From the NCBI GenBank assembly GCA_045542075.1, contig JAZQKI010000047.1, positions 10,559 through 74,558 on the forward strand: 64,000 nt of DNA. The letters run 5' to 3'. This document shows positions 55,026 through 64,000 of this stretch, in pieces. The notes beneath the pieces were generated by a model that did no database searches, was not told where the DNA came from, and was given only the letters and a program-made list of their open reading frames with translations. Every line of letters starts with the position of its first letter. The first letter of the stretch is position 1. Origin of the DNA: Eubacteriales bacterium (GTDB taxonomy: Bacteria; Bacillota; Clostridia; Oscillospirales; CAG-272). A program made the position numbers and the translations under genes.

Positions 55026-56635
55026 TTCCGCCTTAATACCCTTTTGTCTTTTATATATACGAATAGCGCAGAGCAAAGCATCGCTGAAGTGACCCCCACG
55101 CAAATATAAACAAAGAGATTTCCTATTACGGTATAAACCGTGGTCTGATCTCTGAGATAAATATCTCCTATAACGTAACCCTCCTCAAGGATACCGAGCT
55201 CCTGCTCAAATTCCCCAAGAGGATTGACTATTCCCGATATACCCGTATTCGCTGCGCGAACGACATATCTTCCCGTCTCAATAGCGCGAAGCTTGGACTG
55301 CGAGGTGTGCATATAGTTTTCTGCGGAATCGTCAAACCACGCGTCATTGGTGGATACGATAAGCATCTGCGCACCGTCCCTTACCGCCTCGATCGCAATA
55401 TTTTCGTAAACCGAATCAAAGCATATCATACAGCCAATATTACCCTTTTCGGTACGAAGCAAAGTGCTTTCCTCTCCCGGAATTACGTCGTTTGGAAGCA
55501 TATTAAGCTCCGCAAGCGGCGGTATAAGGATCTCTATCATAGAGCGCATTGGCACAAATTCCGCAAACGGAACACGCCTTTGCTTTGAATATATGTCATC
55601 ACCAAAGCTTCCGTCCTCCTTGACCTCAAAAAGCGAGTTGTACGAGCGAAGCCCTCCGTCCTCGGCATATACGGGCTTTTCGGGAAGCGTGAAGCAAGCG
55701 GCGATAATAGTCGTCTCTCCCTCCTCGGCAAGAGACGAGAAATATTCAGCCAGTTCTCCGTCAATATCGTACGGAAACGCAGTTTCCGCCCATATCACGA
55801 GGTCGGCTCCGTTTTCTGCCGCCTCAAGAGTGTATTTGGTGTGAGCATCCTTAATTATCTGCTTTGTATTCGGGCTCCATTTTTCATTGAGCGGTATATT
55901 TCCCTGAACCGCAGCAACGGTAAGCTTTTGGTTATCCTTGTTGTTATACGAGATCCTTACTGTAGCGCCTATCATCAGATTTCCAACCACCATGCATACA
56001 CAGGCTGTCGCAAGAATTTTTGTAAAGTCCTGTCTGATAAGAAGATAAGCCAGGCAGAAATTGACTGCGACAATAAGGAAGCTTACAAAGTAGGAGCCAA
56101 AGACCGATGCGGAAAGCAGAGTCAAGCTCGTCTTTGTCTGACCGAGACAAAGTCTGCCCCACGGCACACCCCACCAGCCAATAGTTTGTGACCACTCAAT
56201 GACCGCCCAAAGCGCCGCCGCTAAAAAAGGAGCGAGTATTTTCAGCTTTTCAAATATCCTGCTGCGGAATATAAACGCAAACACAAGGAATATAAGCGAG
56301 CTTGATATCGTCTGCACAATGGACAGTCCTATCCACGCAACCGTGACAACGAGTATCGCAACACCCTTTGACACGTCCATAAAGCTCAGCGGATACATAT
56401 ACAAAAACCAATGGTATATCACAAGGTAATACGAAATAAAGAACATCGCGCCGTAAAGATAGACTCTGCGGAGCTTGATCGATTTATCGTCCGCTATACA
56501 TATAAGCGCCATAGCGCCGGGAATAAGCGTCACCCATTCAAGAATTCCCACCGTGGGAAATACTACGGTAAGAGCCGTCAGGAGTCCCGATATGCACAGG
56601 AACGCTATTTTATATTTTTTGATTATTTGCAGCAT
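55022..56635 (-). CDS. lnt: apolipoprotein N-acyltransferase
   Basis: Polytopic N-terminus plus CN-hydrolase domain, with blocks matching E. coli Lnt as I remember it: VQGNIP, IWAETA (Glu), KQRRVPFAEFVP (Lys), ICFD (Cys), STNDAWF, AANTGISG. Confidence 0.9.
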   Translation of the reverse strand: MLQIIKKYKIAFLCISGLLTALTVVFPTVGILEWVTLIPGAMALICIADDKSIKLRRVYLYGAMFFISYYLVIYHWFLYMYPLSFMDVSKGVAILVVTVAWIGLSIVQTISSSLIFLVFAFIFRSRIFEKLKILAPFLAAALWAVIEWSQTIGWWGVPWGRLCLGQTKTSLTLLSASVFGSYFVSFLIVAVNFCLAYLLIRQDFTKILATACVCMVVGNLMIGATVRISYNNKDNQKLTVAAVQGNIPLNEKWSPNTKQIIKDAHTKYTLEAAENGADLVIWAETAFPYDIDGELAEYFSSLAEEGETTIIAACFTLPEKPVYAEDGGLRSYNSLFEVKEDGSFGDDIYSKQRRVPFAEFVPMRSMIEILIPPLAELNMLPNDVIPGEESTLLRTEKGNIGCMICFDSVYENIAIEAVRDGAQMLIVSTNDAWFDDSAENYMHTSQSKLRAIETGRYVVRAANTGISGIVNPLGEFEQELGILEEGYVIGDIYLRDQTTVYTVIGNLFVYICVGVTSAMLCSALFVYIKDKRVLRRK

Positions 56636-56655
56636 ACAGACTCCCTTCTGATGTT

Positions 56656-57651
56656 TTATTTTTTGCGCAGCCCCTCAATTATCTGGTCCGCGCGAGGAAA
56701 ATCCGATACGAACCATATATCCTTTGGAAAGAGGGATACCTCCTTACCCTTCAAATATCCGAGCGCGCCTGAGTTATCGGCAAAATCAAATATAAGTCTG
56801 TAGGAATACAGAGCCTGATATTTATATCCTTTGCCCTTATCGGATCTGTTTATTCCGTACTTTCCGTCGCCAAGCAACGGATGACCGATATGCGCCATGT
56901 GGGCGCGTATCTGGTGTGTGCGTCCCGTGACAAGCTCCACCTCGAGCAGAGAGCTTTCGCCGTGGCGAGTGAGAGTGCGGTATTTGGTTATTATGTTTTT
57001 ATAGCCGTCTATTGCCTTATCCGACACCTTGACGGTATTGTTTTTAGCATCCTTTTTGAGATAACCCGTAAGGGTTTCCCTATCCTTTTCCATGCGTCCG
57101 TGTACAGCGCAGATATAGAATTTTCTTATCTCGTCGTCCTTGATCTTCTGATTCATGACACGAAGTGCCTCGGCATTCTTTGCGGCTATGACGATACCGC
57201 CCGTATTTCTGTCGATACGGTTGCACAGCGCGGGCGCAAAGGACTGCTCGTCGGCGGGATCATACTCTCCCTTGCGGTAGAGGTACGCCTTTATGTGCAT
57301 AATAAGGGTATTATCCCCTGCGCCCTCGTCCTCGTGTACAAGCACGCCCGGACGCTTGTTGCAAAGAATGATGTTTTCATCCTCATACACCACGCTTATC
57401 TTGGGGGTTATCCTTGAGAGTGCCCCTGTGTCCTTTTCGGGCGACTCAAAAAACTCCTCGCGGATAAAAAGCTGTATCTCGTCGCCCTCACAGAGAAAAT
57501 AATTCTGCTCTGCGCGCTTGCGGTTCACCTTTATCTTTTTGGTGCGGATGTATTTATACATAAGAGATGCGGGAAGTCCGCAAACTGCCTTGGAAAGAAA
57601 TTTGTCGAGTCGCTGTCCCGCATCGTTCTTTTTTATTTTAATTATTCTCAC
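56656..57651 (-). CDS. RluA-family 23S rRNA pseudouridine synthase (RluC/D-like)
   Basis: S4-like N-terminus (QRLDKFLSK), catalytic NRIDRNTGG, GRTHQIRAH. Confidence 0.9.
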   Translation of the reverse strand: MRIIKIKKNDAGQRLDKFLSKAVCGLPASLMYKYIRTKKIKVNRKRAEQNYFLCEGDEIQLFIREEFFESPEKDTGALSRITPKISVVYEDENIILCNKRPGVLVHEDEGAGDNTLIMHIKAYLYRKGEYDPADEQSFAPALCNRIDRNTGGIVIAAKNAEALRVMNQKIKDDEIRKFYICAVHGRMEKDRETLTGYLKKDAKNNTVKVSDKAIDGYKNIITKYRTLTRHGESSLLEVELVTGRTHQIRAHMAHIGHPLLGDGKYGINRSDKGKGYKYQALYSYRLIFDFADNSGALGYLKGKEVSLFPKDIWFVSDFPRADQIIEGLRKK

Positions 57652-57657
57652 AGTATA

Positions 57658-58287
57658 TTACAGAGTTCCGAATATTCTGTCGCCTGCGTCGCCAAGACCG
57701 GGTACGATGTACGCGTGGTCATTGAGGCACTCATCAAGCGCCGCCGTGTAGATTTCTACGTCGGGATGTGCGTCCTGCACCTTCTTAACTCCCTCGGGAG
57801 CCGCAACAAGACACATAAACTTAATATGCTTGCAGCCCTTGTTCTTCAAGGTCTGAAGTGCGTCGCAAGCGGAGCCGCCCGTTGCGAGCATGGGATCGAT
57901 AAGGATTACTATTCTATCCTGAATGTCTGCGGGAAGCTTGCAGTAATACTCAACGGGCTCGTGGGTTTCGGGATCACGGTAAAGACCGATATGTCCTACC
58001 TTTGCGACAGGCATAAGGCTGAGTATTCCGTCAACCATACCGATTCCCGCGCGCAAAATAGGTACTATTGCAACCTTTTTGCCCGAGATCATCTGCGCCT
58101 TTGTCTTGCAGATAGGAGTCTCGATTATTATGTCCTCAAGGGGAAGATCACGTGTGATCTCATATCCCATAAGCATGGATATCTCGTTGAGAAGCTCGCG
58201 GAAGTCCTTGGAGCCTGTTTTTTTATTTCTCATGATAGAGAGCTTGTGTGTAATAAGAGGATGGTCTACGATATGAAGCTGACTCAT
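57658..58287 (-). CDS. upp: uracil phosphoribosyltransferase
   Basis: [22 protein letters not shown] loop [20 protein letters not shown]. Confidence 0.95.
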   Translation of the reverse strand: MSQLHIVDHPLITHKLSIMRNKKTGSKDFRELLNEISMLMGYEITRDLPLEDIIIETPICKTKAQMISGKKVAIVPILRAGIGMVDGILSLMPVAKVGHIGLYRDPETHEPVEYYCKLPADIQDRIVILIDPMLATGGSACDALQTLKNKGCKHIKFMCLVAAPEGVKKVQDAHPDVEIYTAALDECLNDHAYIVPGLGDAGDRIFGTL

Positions 58288-58327
58288 ATATTTGCAACCT
58301 GCCTTTCATAAATCTTAATTATACTTT

Positions 58328-58356
58328 ATTATACTACTTGTAAAGAGATTTTTCAA
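58328..58356 (-). promoter_or_regulatory. candidate promoter of upp
   Basis: Minus strand TTGAAA-17 nt-TATAAT. Confidence 0.5.
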
Positions 58357-58374
58357 GCATTTTTTGCAAATATA

Positions 58375-58403
58375 TTTACAAAACGTATATTTAGTGATAA
58401 AAT
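58375..58403 (+). promoter_or_regulatory. candidate promoter of mtaB
   Basis: TTTACA-17 nt-TAAAAT with TGn extension. Confidence 0.5.
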
Positions 58404-58434
58404 ATATGTGTTATTCAGATATTTGGAGTAAATT

Positions 58435-59742
58435 ATGGCAGAAAAAACAGTCGCCCTGGCAACCCTCGGTTGCAAAGTAAATCAATATGAATCCCAGGCT
58501 ATTTCCGAGACTCTTGAGGCGAGAGGCTGGGAGATAATGTCCGTGACGGATATATGCTCGGCGTATATCATAAATACCTGCACGGTGACTGCGGAGTCGG
58601 ACAGAAAGGCTCGTCAGACTATTCGACGGCTGATGGGTAAAAATCCCAACGCATTTGTTCTTGTCACGGGTTGTTATTCCCAGACGTCTCCCGATGCGGT
58701 GTCCGCGATCTCGGGAGTTGACTACATTTGCGGAAGCTCAAACAAGCTCTCGGTAGCCGATAAGCTCGATGAGCTGTTCCAAAAGGGTGTAAAAAACACT
58801 CAAACAGAAATAAATATTCCCTCTCTTGATACCGCAGACTTCGAGAGCATGACTATTACTAAATTCGACCGCACCCGCGCTTACGTTAAGATCCAGGACG
58901 GCTGCGAGTCGCACTGTACGTATTGCACTATTCCCGCGGCGCGCGGTCCTATCCGTTCAAAGCCTATGGGAGAGGTGATCTGCGAGGTCGAGGGGCTTAT
59001 CCGCGGCGGCTGCCGTGAGGTCGTGCTCACGGGAATCGAAACAGGCTCATACGGCAGAGATCTGTCGGACGGTGAAAGCCTCGCTACCCTTCTTGAGAAA
59101 ATAGATAAGCTGGACGGAATAGGCAGAGTGCGTCTCGGCTCGCTCGATCCAAGCATCATCAAGCCCGAATTTGTTGACAGGATAAAAAAGCTTAAGTCTA
59201 TAACCCCGCATTTTCATCTTTCGATGCAGAGCGGAAGCAGCGCGGTTCTGGCAAATATGAAACGCAAATACAACTCCTCTCAGGCTATGCGCGCGGTAAA
59301 GCTTCTGCGCGACGCATTCCCCACACTTCAGCTCACGACCGACATTATCGCCGGTTTTCCGGGTGAGACTGAGCAGGACTTTGAGGAAAGCTGCAGACTT
59401 GTTGAAAACGCAAGATTTTTAATGGTGCACGCCTTTCCCTATTCAAAACGACGCGGTACTCCTGCGGCGGTTATGAAAAACCAAGTCCCCGATGAGATAA
59501 AGCACAAGCGTGTCGCCATACTTTCGCAAAAAGCGGCAGAAATTCGCGGAGAAATACTTGACAGTCTTATAGGCTCGGAGGTTGAGGTGCTTTTCGAATC
59601 ACAAAGCGGCGGCTACTCATTCGGACACACTCCCGAATTTGTGGAGGTCAAGGTCAGGTGTGAGGGCGATCTACACGCGTGCATACGCAGAGTCCGTATT
59701 CTTTCACACGACCAAAATATCTGCGAGGGTGAGTTTGTTTGA
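58435..59742 (+). CDS. mtaB: tRNA methylthiotransferase, MtaB-like (radical SAM)
   Basis: LGCKVNQYES N-terminal domain, radical-SAM CESHCTYCTIP, C-terminal TRAM-like domain. Confidence 0.88.
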   Translation: MAEKTVALATLGCKVNQYESQAISETLEARGWEIMSVTDICSAYIINTCTVTAESDRKARQTIRRLMGKNPNAFVLVTGCYSQTSPDAVSAISGVDYICGSSNKLSVADKLDELFQKGVKNTQTEINIPSLDTADFESMTITKFDRTRAYVKIQDGCESHCTYCTIPAARGPIRSKPMGEVICEVEGLIRGGCREVVLTGIETGSYGRDLSDGESLATLLEKIDKLDGIGRVRLGSLDPSIIKPEFVDRIKKLKSITPHFHLSMQSGSSAVLANMKRKYNSSQAMRAVKLLRDAFPTLQLTTDIIAGFPGETEQDFEESCRLVENARFLMVHAFPYSKRRGTPAAVMKNQVPDEIKHKRVAILSQKAAEIRGEILDSLIGSEVEVLFESQSGGYSFGHTPEFVEVKVRCEGDLHACIRRVRILSHDQNICEGEFV

Positions 59743-59832
59743 TAAGTTTTCACAAATTGAGGGCAAATATGCAGAAAAAACATGTAAAAATTTATCATTT
59801 TAAGTAATTTTGAAAAAATTTCAAAAAACCTC

Positions 59833-59861
59833 TTGCAATTTGAAAAAAAGTATGGTATAAT
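59833..59861 (+). promoter_or_regulatory. sigma-A promoter of rpmB
   Basis: TTGCAA-17 nt-TATAAT with TGG extension. Confidence 0.65.
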
Positions 59862-59934
59862 ATCAAAGTTGCATGACGTTTAATAAAAATTTTAATGATA
59901 TATTCATGTAAATATGAAACAGGAGGTATCAATA

Positions 59935-60120
59935 ATGGCAAAGTGCAGTGTTTGTGGAAAAGGTGTTGTTTTCGGTCAGAATGTTTCCCACTCTAACAGA
60001 AAAACAAACAGAACTTGGAAGCCCAATATCCGCAAGGTAAAGGCTATAGTTGACGGTACACCCAAGACCGTTGCGGTATGCTCCCGTTGCCTTCGTTCGG
60101 GCAAAGTTAACCGCGCATAA
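59935..60120 (+). CDS. rpmB: 50S ribosomal protein L28
   Basis: MAKCSVCGKG...SHSNRKTNRTWKPN. AGGAGG RBS. Confidence 0.93.
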   Translation: MAKCSVCGKGVVFGQNVSHSNRKTNRTWKPNIRKVKAIVDGTPKTVAVCSRCLRSGKVNRA

Positions 60121-60148
60121 TTTTAGCGTAGGTTTCCATATTTACAGT

Positions 60149-60180
60149 AAAAGGGCGTGTTCTTAGGAAACGCCCTTTTC
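60149..60180 (+). terminator. intrinsic terminator after rpmB
   Basis: AAAAGGGCG...CGCCCTTTT. Confidence 0.8.
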
Positions 60181-60221
60181 TATAGCCGAATGGAGCTTAT
60201 ATGGCTATACACGGAGGATTT

Positions 60222-60929
60222 ATGATAGCAATCACAGACAGCAGAACACCCACCGCCGCCCTTTCGCGATTATGTGAGCTTGGCTTTGAGATAATCTCCC
60301 TGCCCCGCGCAGACTATCTCGCCGAGCCTGTCTCAGCGCACCCCGATATGCTTGTTTTCATGGGGCTTGGAGGTCTGTTCTGCCACAAAATATATTATCA
60401 AAGCAATAAAGAAATAATTGACGGCATAGCGAAAAAAACTGGGCTTGAGCTTATCATCTCCGCCGAGCATACGTCGGCCGAATACCCTTATGACGTGCTT
60501 TTTAACTGTGTATTGCTCGGAAATAAGCTCTTGTGCAATACAAACACGGTCTCAAGGCTTATTTTGGAGAGAGCCATGGCTCAAGGGATCGCTGTGATTC
60601 ACACAAATCAAGGGTACACAAAATGCTCTGTATGTAAGGTAGATGACAACACAATAATCACATCGGACATGTCAATTTATAAGGCTTGCGCATCAAATGG
60701 AATAAGCGTAATGCTTGTCTCCCCCGAGGGGGTGGGGCTTGACGGTTACAGTTGCGGATTTATCGGCGGCTCGTCGGGAAATGACGGCAAATGCGTATAT
60801 TTCTGCGGCGATATTTCTCTGCACCCCGACGGAAAGAAGATTATTGAATTTTGCAATTCTCACGGAAAGAATGTCATATCCTTATCAGACAAGGCGCTAT
60901 ACGACGTGGGCAGTATTCTTTTTATTTAA
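60222..60929 (+). CDS. conserved hypothetical protein
   Basis: 235-aa ORF with host-like codon usage. GGAGG lies just upstream of ATG 60222. I cannot name any motif with confidence. Confidence 0.6.
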   Translation: MIAITDSRTPTAALSRLCELGFEIISLPRADYLAEPVSAHPDMLVFMGLGGLFCHKIYYQSNKEIIDGIAKKTGLELIISAEHTSAEYPYDVLFNCVLLGNKLLCNTNTVSRLILERAMAQGIAVIHTNQGYTKCSVCKVDDNTIITSDMSIYKACASNGISVMLVSPEGVGLDGYSCGFIGGSSGNDGKCVYFCGDISLHPDGKKIIEFCNSHGKNVISLSDKALYDVGSILFI

Positions 60930-60989
60930 CTATTGCATTTTCATTTATAATGTGATACAATAAAGTAAAGTAATCAAAGGAGGCGGAAA

Positions 60990-61355
60990 ATGAAAATACT
61001 CGAATCAGCGGAAAACTATCTTGAAACCATTCTCCGTCTGCAAATGAGAAACGGCGCGGTCAGAGCGGTAGATATAGCAAACGAGCTTGAATTTTCAAAG
61101 CCAAGCGTCAGTGTCGCTATGAAAAATCTGCGTGAGAACGGATATATTGAGACAGACCACGACGGACATATCACCCTTCTTGACTCAGGCCGCGAGATAG
61201 CCGAGAAAATAATGGAGCGACACACTCTTATATCAAATTGGCTTGTGTCGATGGGCGTGCCCGAGGACATCGCGTCCGAGGACGCGTGCAAGATAGAGCA
61301 CGTTATAAGCTCCGAGAGCATCAACGCGATAAAGAAAAGTCTTGAGAATAAATAA
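60990..61355 (+). CDS. DtxR/MntR-family metal-dependent transcriptional regulator
   Basis: N-terminal winged helix (SAENYLETIL...VRAVDIANELEFSKPSVSVAMKNL) plus dimerisation helix with metal-ligand-like ERH...E..C..EH. 121 aa. Confidence 0.8.
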   Translation: MKILESAENYLETILRLQMRNGAVRAVDIANELEFSKPSVSVAMKNLRENGYIETDHDGHITLLDSGREIAEKIMERHTLISNWLVSMGVPEDIASEDACKIEHVISSESINAIKKSLENK

Positions 61356-61359
61356 CTTT

Positions 61360-61395
61360 AATGCCGCGGGGGATTCCCTTCGGCATTTTTATTTT
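61360..61395 (+). terminator. terminator after DtxR-family gene
   Basis: AATGCCG...CGGCATT followed by TTTTATTTTT. Confidence 0.7.
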
Positions 61396-61418
61396 TCTTA
61401 TTTTGTTGGATTTGATAC

Positions 61419-61447
61419 TTGATTTTATCACATTCACTTGGTATAAT
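61419..61447 (+). promoter_or_regulatory. candidate promoter of the GH-like gene
   Basis: TTGATT-17 nt-TATAAT with TGG extension, directly after the DtxR-gene terminator. Confidence 0.55.
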
Positions 61448-61474
61448 CAATATAGATATCTTTTGGAGGCGTTT

Positions 61475-63073
61475 ATGAAAATCAATAGCATAATAGCAAC
61501 ACAAAATGAAATACAGCTTCACATTGACGGCGAGTACGCAGGCAATATATGTGCCGAGGCGTACGTGCCGCTTATTTGCGGAGACGCGGAGCAGAAGTAC
61601 ACGGGCCGCTTGATCTGTGAAAGCTCCGATGTTCGCGACGGACATATAATTTTCCCCCGATATATAGATAGCTACGACCTGCTGACCTCTCGTTTTGACG
61701 TCAAGGCAGACGGAAAGCCTGTTGAGGGCGTCAGATACGTGACGGACTTCTCTGCCGATTTTTCGCGTGACAGCTCCCCCGAGCCTCTCGTAAAAAAGCC
61801 CGTCGGCACGTGGGTGACGTCTGAGGAGTACGACTACGACTATATGGGCTTTGGCTGTATGATGACCGAGGTGAACTGCGCGTGGATTCAGAAGCTTGTT
61901 CCCGAGGAAAATGATATAACGCATGTCTACAACGGCAAAGAGTATTATTTCGACCGCAAATTTATGGACATCTACGACAAGCTTATGCTTCCTTGCATCA
62001 AGCGAGAGATTCCTTGTCTGATAAGGCTTATCAATAGACCGAGCTATCGTCTGTGCGGATCTGATGACGAGCTTATGAAGGTGATTTTGCACCCCGCGTA
62101 CGAGAATATGGGATTTAGTGAGGAGATGAGCGCGTTCAATATCCGCACCGAGGAAGGTCTTGATATGTACTGCGCGTTCGTGGACTTTATCTGCGCTCGT
62201 TATGTGGACAGATCCTCCCCGCTTTGCTGCGCGCACGTGCTTGACGTGGGCAACGAGGTAAACACACCCGACACGTGGCACAATTGTGGCCCTATGAGGT
62301 GTGAGGACTATATGGAGGAATACACCCAGCAACTACGTCTTGCGCACCTTATAGCGAGAAAATACTATGCTCACAGCCGTGTGAACATCTCGCTTGACCA
62401 TCACTTCACTATGCGTCTCAAGTCCGACGAGCTGCGGTATTATACCGCTCGCGAGTGTATTACGTATCTTGCGAAATACTCCCGCCGCGACGGAGACTTT
62501 GAGTGGGGTATCGCCGCTCACCCCTACCCCGAAAATCTCTCCCTGTGCGATTTTTATAACGACACCACGGCGACATTTTCGTTTGACACTATCCGTATCA
62601 CCATGAAAAATATGGAGATGTGGCAGCATTTAGTTGAGCTTGAGGAGTTTAAGTTCCGTGGAGGAACACGCAGAGTCGTATTTGACGAGCAAGGCTTCCA
62701 CACCCGTGACGATGACCCCGAGACTGAAAACAAGGGCGCATATTCCTTCGTTCTGGCATACGTCAAGCTCCGCAATTCCAAAAATCTCGATTGGTTTATT
62801 ATAAACAGATATGCTGATATGCCTCTTGACGACGAATCCAGCCTTCATCTCGGACTTCGCTATGAAGACGGCTATGCCGACGATATGCATCTGATGATAA
62901 CTCCCGGGGATTACAAAAAGATCTGCTACGCCATTCGCGATATGGAGGGTGAAAACGAGCATAAATGGATAAATAAGGCGCGCAAGTACATAGGCGCCGA
63001 GCTGTTTGACAGCCTTGTTTCTCCGCCAAAGCCCGAGCCTACGGACTATTTTAAGGAAATAATAAATTCATAA
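61475..63073 (+). CDS. putative TIM-barrel glycoside-hydrolase-like protein (function uncertain)
   Basis: 532-aa ORF, GGAGG RBS, promoter and terminator. The VLDVGNEVN segment resembles the acid/base NE motif of clan GH-A enzymes. The product call is weak. Confidence 0.65.
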   Translation: MKINSIIATQNEIQLHIDGEYAGNICAEAYVPLICGDAEQKYTGRLICESSDVRDGHIIFPRYIDSYDLLTSRFDVKADGKPVEGVRYVTDFSADFSRDSSPEPLVKKPVGTWVTSEEYDYDYMGFGCMMTEVNCAWIQKLVPEENDITHVYNGKEYYFDRKFMDIYDKLMLPCIKREIPCLIRLINRPSYRLCGSDDELMKVILHPAYENMGFSEEMSAFNIRTEEGLDMYCAFVDFICARYVDRSSPLCCAHVLDVGNEVNTPDTWHNCGPMRCEDYMEEYTQQLRLAHLIARKYYAHSRVNISLDHHFTMRLKSDELRYYTARECITYLAKYSRRDGDFEWGIAAHPYPENLSLCDFYNDTTATFSFDTIRITMKNMEMWQHLVELEEFKFRGGTRRVVFDEQGFHTRDDDPETENKGAYSFVLAYVKLRNSKNLDWFIINRYADMPLDDESSLHLGLRYEDGYADDMHLMITPGDYKKICYAIRDMEGENEHKWINKARKYIGAELFDSLVSPPKPEPTDYFKEIINS

Positions 63074-63081
63074 AACGAATG

Positions 63082-63113
63082 AAGCCGTCGGACAGCAGTC
63101 CGGCGGCTTTTTT
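63082..63113 (+). terminator. intrinsic terminator after GH-like gene
   Basis: AAGCCGTCGGAC-AGCA-GTCCGGCGGCTT-TTTT. Confidence 0.8.
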
Positions 63114-63141
63114 AGGAATTTAGATATGAAAAAACAAATTA

Positions 63142-63741
63142 CTAATCATCAACCTTCTGCGCAGCATCAAAATCATAATACTCTCCATAATATTTCTTGA
63201 AGAATTCTATAGAATTACCCTGCTCCTCGTATGTATACAACCAATCCGAAATTCTGACTCCATCATGCGCTAATATAATAATTGTTCCGGTGCTATCGTT
63301 GAATATGTGGTAAGCAAAATACTTTTTAGAGCTCAAAGCACAAATATATTCGTAGAAATCATGTCCATTATAACTGAATTTCGGTGAATCAGTAGAGTAC
63401 CTATCTTGTTCAACAAGATACACTTTTACCTGCTCATATACGGACTCTTCGTATTCCAATATAAGTATATTAAGTGAAAAATCACCCGGGGCAATCTGAT
63501 TTGATCCTACATTCTTAGCAAAATAATTGAAGGTTGCATCCTGATATTCGTAATCCTTGAGTAGTTTTTCATCTTTTGAGGAAATGTTTATAACCGTATC
63601 TTCGGGTACGACGTTGTAATAGTCATTATAAAAATCCATGCCCTCATACGAGTAATCTCTATATGTGTTCGAACATGATACGAATAACGCAGTGGATAAT
63701 ATCAAGCATGTCAGACATATTACGGAAACAACTTTTTTCAT
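63142..63741 (-). CDS. lipoprotein, hypothetical
   Basis: Signal peptide with lipobox FVSC. Tyr/Asp-rich mature part. Confidence 0.65.
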   Translation of the reverse strand: MKKVVSVICLTCLILSTALFVSCSNTYRDYSYEGMDFYNDYYNVVPEDTVINISSKDEKLLKDYEYQDATFNYFAKNVGSNQIAPGDFSLNILILEYEESVYEQVKVYLVEQDRYSTDSPKFSYNGHDFYEYICALSSKKYFAYHIFNDSTGTIIILAHDGVRISDWLYTYEEQGNSIEFFKKYYGEYYDFDAAQKVDD

Positions 63742-63846
63742 TACAGCATCCCCCTTTATAAATAATTAAAAATTTCTTACAAAAAAATTATAACATGTCC
63801 TCATTGATGCTGTCAATATATCACTGTGAGTTTTTTATAAAAGCTA

Positions 63847-63875
63847 TTGACAAGCATATTAAATTGTGATAAAAT
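63847..63875 (+). promoter_or_regulatory. candidate promoter of TetR-like gene
   Basis: TTGACA-17 nt-TAAAAT with TGA extension. Confidence 0.6.
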
Positions 63876-63916
63876 AACAATTGATATATAACGAATGTTA
63901 TTTTATGGAGGTAATT

Positions 63917-64000
63917 ATGCCACCCAAGGTTAAAATCACAAAATCAGATATTATCAGAACCACCGTTGAGCTTGTCCGTGCAAACGGCGAGCAGGCTATC
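63917..64000 (+). CDS. probable TetR/AcrR-family regulator, N-terminal 28 codons only (runs off window)
   Basis: MPPKVKITKSDIIRTTVELVRANGEQAI resembles the start of a TetR HTH domain. GGAGG RBS, promoter upstream. Confidence 0.45.
   Translation, partial: MPPKVKITKSDIIRTTVELVRANGEQAI

Noticed and set aside
59768-59806. A 12-codon mini-ORF (MQKKHVKIYHFK) with a GAGGG RBS-like string, between mtaB and the rpmB promoter.
   Set aside because: It is too short to evaluate, has no supporting context, and lies in a region already explained by the mtaB 3' end and the rpmB promoter.
63872-63903. An 8-bp inverted repeat, AAATAACA-N16-TGTTATTT, between the TetR-like promoter and start codon, considered as a possible TetR operator.
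   Set aside because: The arms are short and AT-rich with a long spacer, so the repeat is easily expected by chance in this AT-rich leader.
1-64000. A scan for rRNA, tRNA, CRISPR arrays, transposases, integrases, phage modules, toxin-antitoxin pairs and known defence genes.
   Set aside because: I found none. All gaps longer than 150 bp are promoter or terminator regions or the repeat island at 21364..21779. No regularly spaced direct repeats or cloverleaf-capable GC-rich 70-90-nt segments were seen by eye. A tRNAscan or Infernal run would be the definitive check.

Overview
This is a chromosomal, mostly housekeeping 64-kb window. Gene content and protein flavour suggest a Clostridia-class Firmicute, possibly Oscillospiraceae/Ruminococcaceae-like, but that is inference only. 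I call 63 protein-coding genes, two of them cut by the window edges, in about 13 blocks of alternating strand. Several blocks have near-consensus sigma-A promoters (TTGACA-17-TATAAT) and clean hairpin terminators.

Landmarks:
- thrC (partial), tig-clpP-clpX, greA, and an S41 peptidase.
- A five-gene Na+-decarboxylase-type operon.
- mcsA-mcsB-clpC with no ctsR upstream.
- Nucleotidyltransferase-galE-galM, and a NitT/TauT-type ABC importer.
- A LytTR regulator paired with a LiaF-like membrane protein.
- hrcA-grpE-dnaK-dnaJ-prmA with a CIRCE operator.
- A six-gene dlt-like operon: transglutaminase-like protein, adenylating enzyme, carrier protein, MBOAT, SGNH-like protein, lipoprotein.
- ylxM-ffh-rpsP-KH, glmM, mutS2, dxs, and two tandem CNNM/CorC genes.
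- lnt, rluD-like, upp, mtaB, rpmB, and a DtxR-family regulator.

I saw no rRNA, tRNA, CRISPR array, transposase, integrase, phage gene or recognisable defence gene.

Nothing here is an unambiguous new system. The observations I rate highest are:
- An McsB whose phosphagen-kinase catalytic motifs look degenerate, in a ctsR-less operon.
- The dlt-like operon, with its extra transglutaminase-like gene and a Cys in the SGNH nucleophile position.
- The decarboxylase operon, which carries both an acyl-CoA-type and an oxaloacetate/pyruvate-type carboxyltransferase.
- A roughly 415-bp gene-free island built from GC-rich palindromic repeat modules.

All homology calls are motif recognition by eye. No searches were run.
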